Positions 35,673-38,397 of a DNA stretch of 38,397 bases are shown here, piece by piece. Location: contig MU006118.1 in NCBI GenBank assembly GCA_010093705.1, positions 78,859 through 117,255 of the forward strand, read 5' to 3'. The position numbers were made by a program, and so were the translations under genes. The DNA is from Patellaria atrata CBS 101060 (Eukaryota). Under the pieces are notes generated by a model. The model searched no databases. It was given only the letters and a program-made list of their open reading frames with translations, and had not been told where the DNA came from. Each line of letters opens with the position of its first letter. The first letter of the stretch is position 1.

Positions 35673-36989
35673 ATGAATCCATTCTCAACCCTCCGTCTTC
35701 TGCCCCGTCGTCCTCTCTACCGCTGTCTCAACGCCCCAAAATCCCTCCCACGGCCATCCATCCGCAGATTCTCACACCAAGATGTCGATGGCCCTCCCCG
35801 CAACCCCCTCGACTCAATATCGATGCACAGACTCCAAGAAAGCCGTCGACAACATTACCAACGGCGCTCTGTATACGCTAGCATAGGGGTTGTCGTCTGT
35901 ACCGTCATCCCAATCATGATCGTCTTCTCCTACGAGATCCCTCAAAAGGCGCCCCCAGCACAAAATGAACCATCCTCATCCTCCATAATCCCAAAAACGA
36001 ATCTCGACGCAGACCCCTCGGCCAACCAAACATTCCAAGGTAAACCCGTCGTTGTGGCCGCAGGCGGGCAGAAGTTGGTCGCAAAAGACACCCGCACTGG
36101 TGACGAGATCGAGCTTGTAGAGACCGGGACATCTACCGTCCCACACTTTCCTAAGACTATATACCTCCCCTCTTCGGATGCCCCTACGAGCGCTACGCTA
36201 CCCGCGAATGCTGTGGTTAATCCGACAGAGGACGAATACACCCTTCTGGGCGTCGGGATCCGCCGCGTCTCCTTCCTCGGCATCCAAGTCTACGTCGTAG
36301 GTCTCTATGTCGCGACCTCTTCTCTCGCGCCCCTCCAACGGGCATTAATTCGCTCCGTCCAACCGGGCGCATCGACCCTGATCCCGGGCGAAAAGGAGGT
36401 GCTCAGACATGACCTGGTCGACCCGGAGGCTAGCCTCCGGTTATGGGATAAACTGTTGCGCGAAGGCGACGGCGAACACGGCATCCGCACCGCCTGGCGC
36501 GTCGCACCCGTGCGCAATACCGATTTCAAACACCTTCATGAGGGTTGGGTGACGGGGATAAAAGCTCGCGCTAAAGTCCCGATTCCTGCTCCCCCTACCC
36601 CGTCCTCCCTCACACCTTCCCCCTCCGGCCCTACAAGCCCTTTGCCCTCAAACCCGACGCAAAACGAATTCACGGACGACTCCTTCGGTGCCTCCATCAA
36701 ATTGTTCCAGGCTCTTTTCCGGGGTCGCGGTAAAGCGCCTACGGGCTCCATCGTCCTCCTCTCGCGTGCCGAGAACGGCACGTTAGAAATTCTGTTTAAG
36801 AGGTCGGAGAAAGAGGAGCATGTGGAGAGGTTGGGTACGGTCGAGGATGAGAGGGTGAGTAGGTTGATTTGGCTGAAGTATCTTGCGGGCAAGGATGTGA
36901 GTTCGGAGGATTGTAGGAGATCGGTGGTGGAGGGAGTTTTGGGGCTGGTTGAACGGCCGGTTGGGACTATGGAGACGAAGGTAGATTAG
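35673..36989 (+). CDS. AIM18: Mitochondrial chalcone-isomerase-like protein (Aim18/Aim46 family)
   Basis: 438-aa ORF from MNPFSTLRLLPRR (Arg-rich presequence-like), a TM segment, then TGTSTVPHFPKTI, YTLLGVGIRRVSFLGIQVYVVGLYV, PVRNTDFKHL.EGW and WLKYLAGK.VSSE. Confidence 0.85.
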   Translation: MNPFSTLRLLPRRPLYRCLNAPKSLPRPSIRRFSHQDVDGPPRNPLDSISMHRLQESRRQHYQRRSVYASIGVVVCTVIPIMIVFSYEIPQKAPPAQNEPSSSSIIPKTNLDADPSANQTFQGKPVVVAAGGQKLVAKDTRTGDEIELVETGTSTVPHFPKTIYLPSSDAPTSATLPANAVVNPTEDEYTLLGVGIRRVSFLGIQVYVVGLYVATSSLAPLQRALIRSVQPGASTLIPGEKEVLRHDLVDPEASLRLWDKLLREGDGEHGIRTAWRVAPVRNTDFKHLHEGWVTGIKARAKVPIPAPPTPSSLTPSPSGPTSPLPSNPTQNEFTDDSFGASIKLFQALFRGRGKAPTGSIVLLSRAENGTLEILFKRSEKEEHVERLGTVEDERVSRLIWLKYLAGKDVSSEDCRRSVVEGVLGLVERPVGTMETKVD

Positions 36990-37516
36990 ATAGGCAAGTG
37001 GTACCTATCCAACCAATGCGAAAAGCGTCGAGGAGACAGGACGTGTGTTGATATGTGTAGAGTGGCGTGTTTTGCATATATCCCAGATGGTTCGAGAATC
37101 TCTGTCGAAGGGCGTTCAAAAGGAGGAAATGTTGTAATCTGGACATTCATCACATTACCATTTGAACTTTTATCGCGTTACCATTTGGACTATGTGAAAG
37201 GAAAATACCCTTATGATACACGATGATCATCCGTCCTACTCTCCATACTATACAGCCCTGATGACCGATCCATGCAAAGTATGATACAGTGGAGATTGGT
37301 TTGAGCCAGCAAACGCCCCTTTCACCGAAAGAAATAAAAAAGAAAACAGCATCCTGAGCGGCGTAAGATTCGTACCGTACCGGAAAATCCCCATACGAGA
37401 TTCGGATGAAAAAAGAAGGGGAGGTATATATAGTTGTCGAAATATGCAAATCCCACAAAAACCCTTTTCGACCAGCCCAGAAAGGAGAAATGAGACATCC
37501 ACAACCTTTTTCGCGC

Positions 37517-38387
37517 CTATCTCTGGCCATTTTGCCCCTGTGTCCCCTCCGTAAGTACACCATTCATACTAATGCCATCCTCCCATCCCCCGAGGCCGGA
37601 CATATCCGCCCAATCCCACTCCAGCGTCATAGGCATCTGCCAAAGATCCTGCGGCACGAAGGGCTGCTCAAAGCTATTTCCCAATTCCACTCCTCCGTTA
37701 CCCACACCACTGTTACCCACCCCTCCTTGCTGCTGTTGAGGCTGAGGAGTTGCACCCGGCATCCGAGGGGACGAGAAGGAATTGAGTTCGGGCCCCAAGG
37801 GAGCTAGTGACGGTGGGTTGCCGGTGCTTTGGGGAGCGGGACTTTGGCCGAAATCTGGAAGCCAATTTTGCGTCATATGAGGCGAGAAATTAGGAAATTG
37901 AGGAGAGTTTCCCAGATCCATGCCTAACGTACCCGGGGTAGAAAAGCCAGTACTACCAGGTGGTGCTGGAGTCCCACCATTCGCATTTAGCATCGGCGTG
38001 CCCGGTTGCACACTACTCAGCCTCCTCTGATTCAGCTTCTCCTGCTGCCTCTGCTGCTGCTGGACCAGTGGAGTATCCAGATCTTCGCCATTGGGACCGG
38101 TACCGTTCTCTGCAGCGCGTTCTTCGGCCGTCTTACGCTTGCGACGGTTGTGAGTTTCCTTGTCGATGCGCTCGAGGACGACTTTAGCGATGCGTTCGAA
38201 CTCGGCGCAGACGGCAAGCATGCGGCGGACGGAGCCGTTGGTCTGCGGTTCTGCGCAGAGGAGGGAAAGGAAGTTGACGACAAGATTCATGAGTTTGAGG
38301 TCCGAGCGAGCCCGGCTGTCTTGCGGGTTTTGGAGGATGTTGGCGAAGATTGTTACGAGGGCGGAGACGGGGTAGTAGAGAATTAAC
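37517..38387 (-). CDS. atrR: Last exon of a fungal Zn2Cys6 transcription factor, AtrR-like (gene continues beyond the window)
   Basis: After the acceptor at 38388: (W)LILYYPVSALVTIFANILQNPQDSRARSDLKLMNLVVNFL...NGSVRRML.VC.EFERIAKVVL and C-terminal FEQPFVPQDLWQMPMTLEWDWADM. I recognise these from AtrR orthologues. The DNA-binding domain is not in the window. Confidence 0.75.
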
Positions 38388-38397
38388 CTGCTAAGTC

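Noticed and set aside
38006..38386. Long antisense ORFs over atrR, pal1, SPP1 and AIM18
   Set aside because: Shadow ORFs expected from codon bias opposite well-supported genes.
1..38397. CRISPR arrays, tRNA/rRNA genes, telomerase RNA template, secondary-metabolite cluster
   Set aside because: No repeat-spacer array, cloverleaf, rRNA sequence, convincing CTAACCCTAA template context or PKS/NRPS gene was seen. A covariance-model scan would be needed to exclude small ncRNAs.

Overview
Eukaryotic DNA from a filamentous ascomycete (Pezizomycotina). It has short GT-AG introns with CTRAC/CTAAY branch points, so the six-frame ORF track splits most genes, and I rebuilt exon structures by hand. The window is a gene-dense block of about 22 mostly housekeeping genes: NDUFS5-like complex I subunit (absent from the ORF track), a RAD51 paralog, Pal1, MED31/SOH1, RPC11, a YGL242C-like ankyrin protein, SF3B5/YSF3, a large disordered conserved protein, PRP45/SNW1, an alpha/beta hydrolase, PAM18, RLP24, RPS7, PP2A scaffold subunit A, PheRS beta, SPP1, NSE3, AIM18-like, and the 3' end of an AtrR-like transcription factor. 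Signals the ORF track does not show: a multiply disrupted intradiol (catechol/hydroxyquinol) dioxygenase pseudogene, a 370-bp Tc1/pogo-type MITE with TIRs and a RIP-like core in the PRP45 promoter, a frameshifted coiled-coil relic, a possible internal alternative first exon in pal1, and CACGTG boxes at a consistent promoter position. I found no convincing evidence of a wholly new multi-gene system. All family assignments come from recognising sequences by eye, not from database searches.
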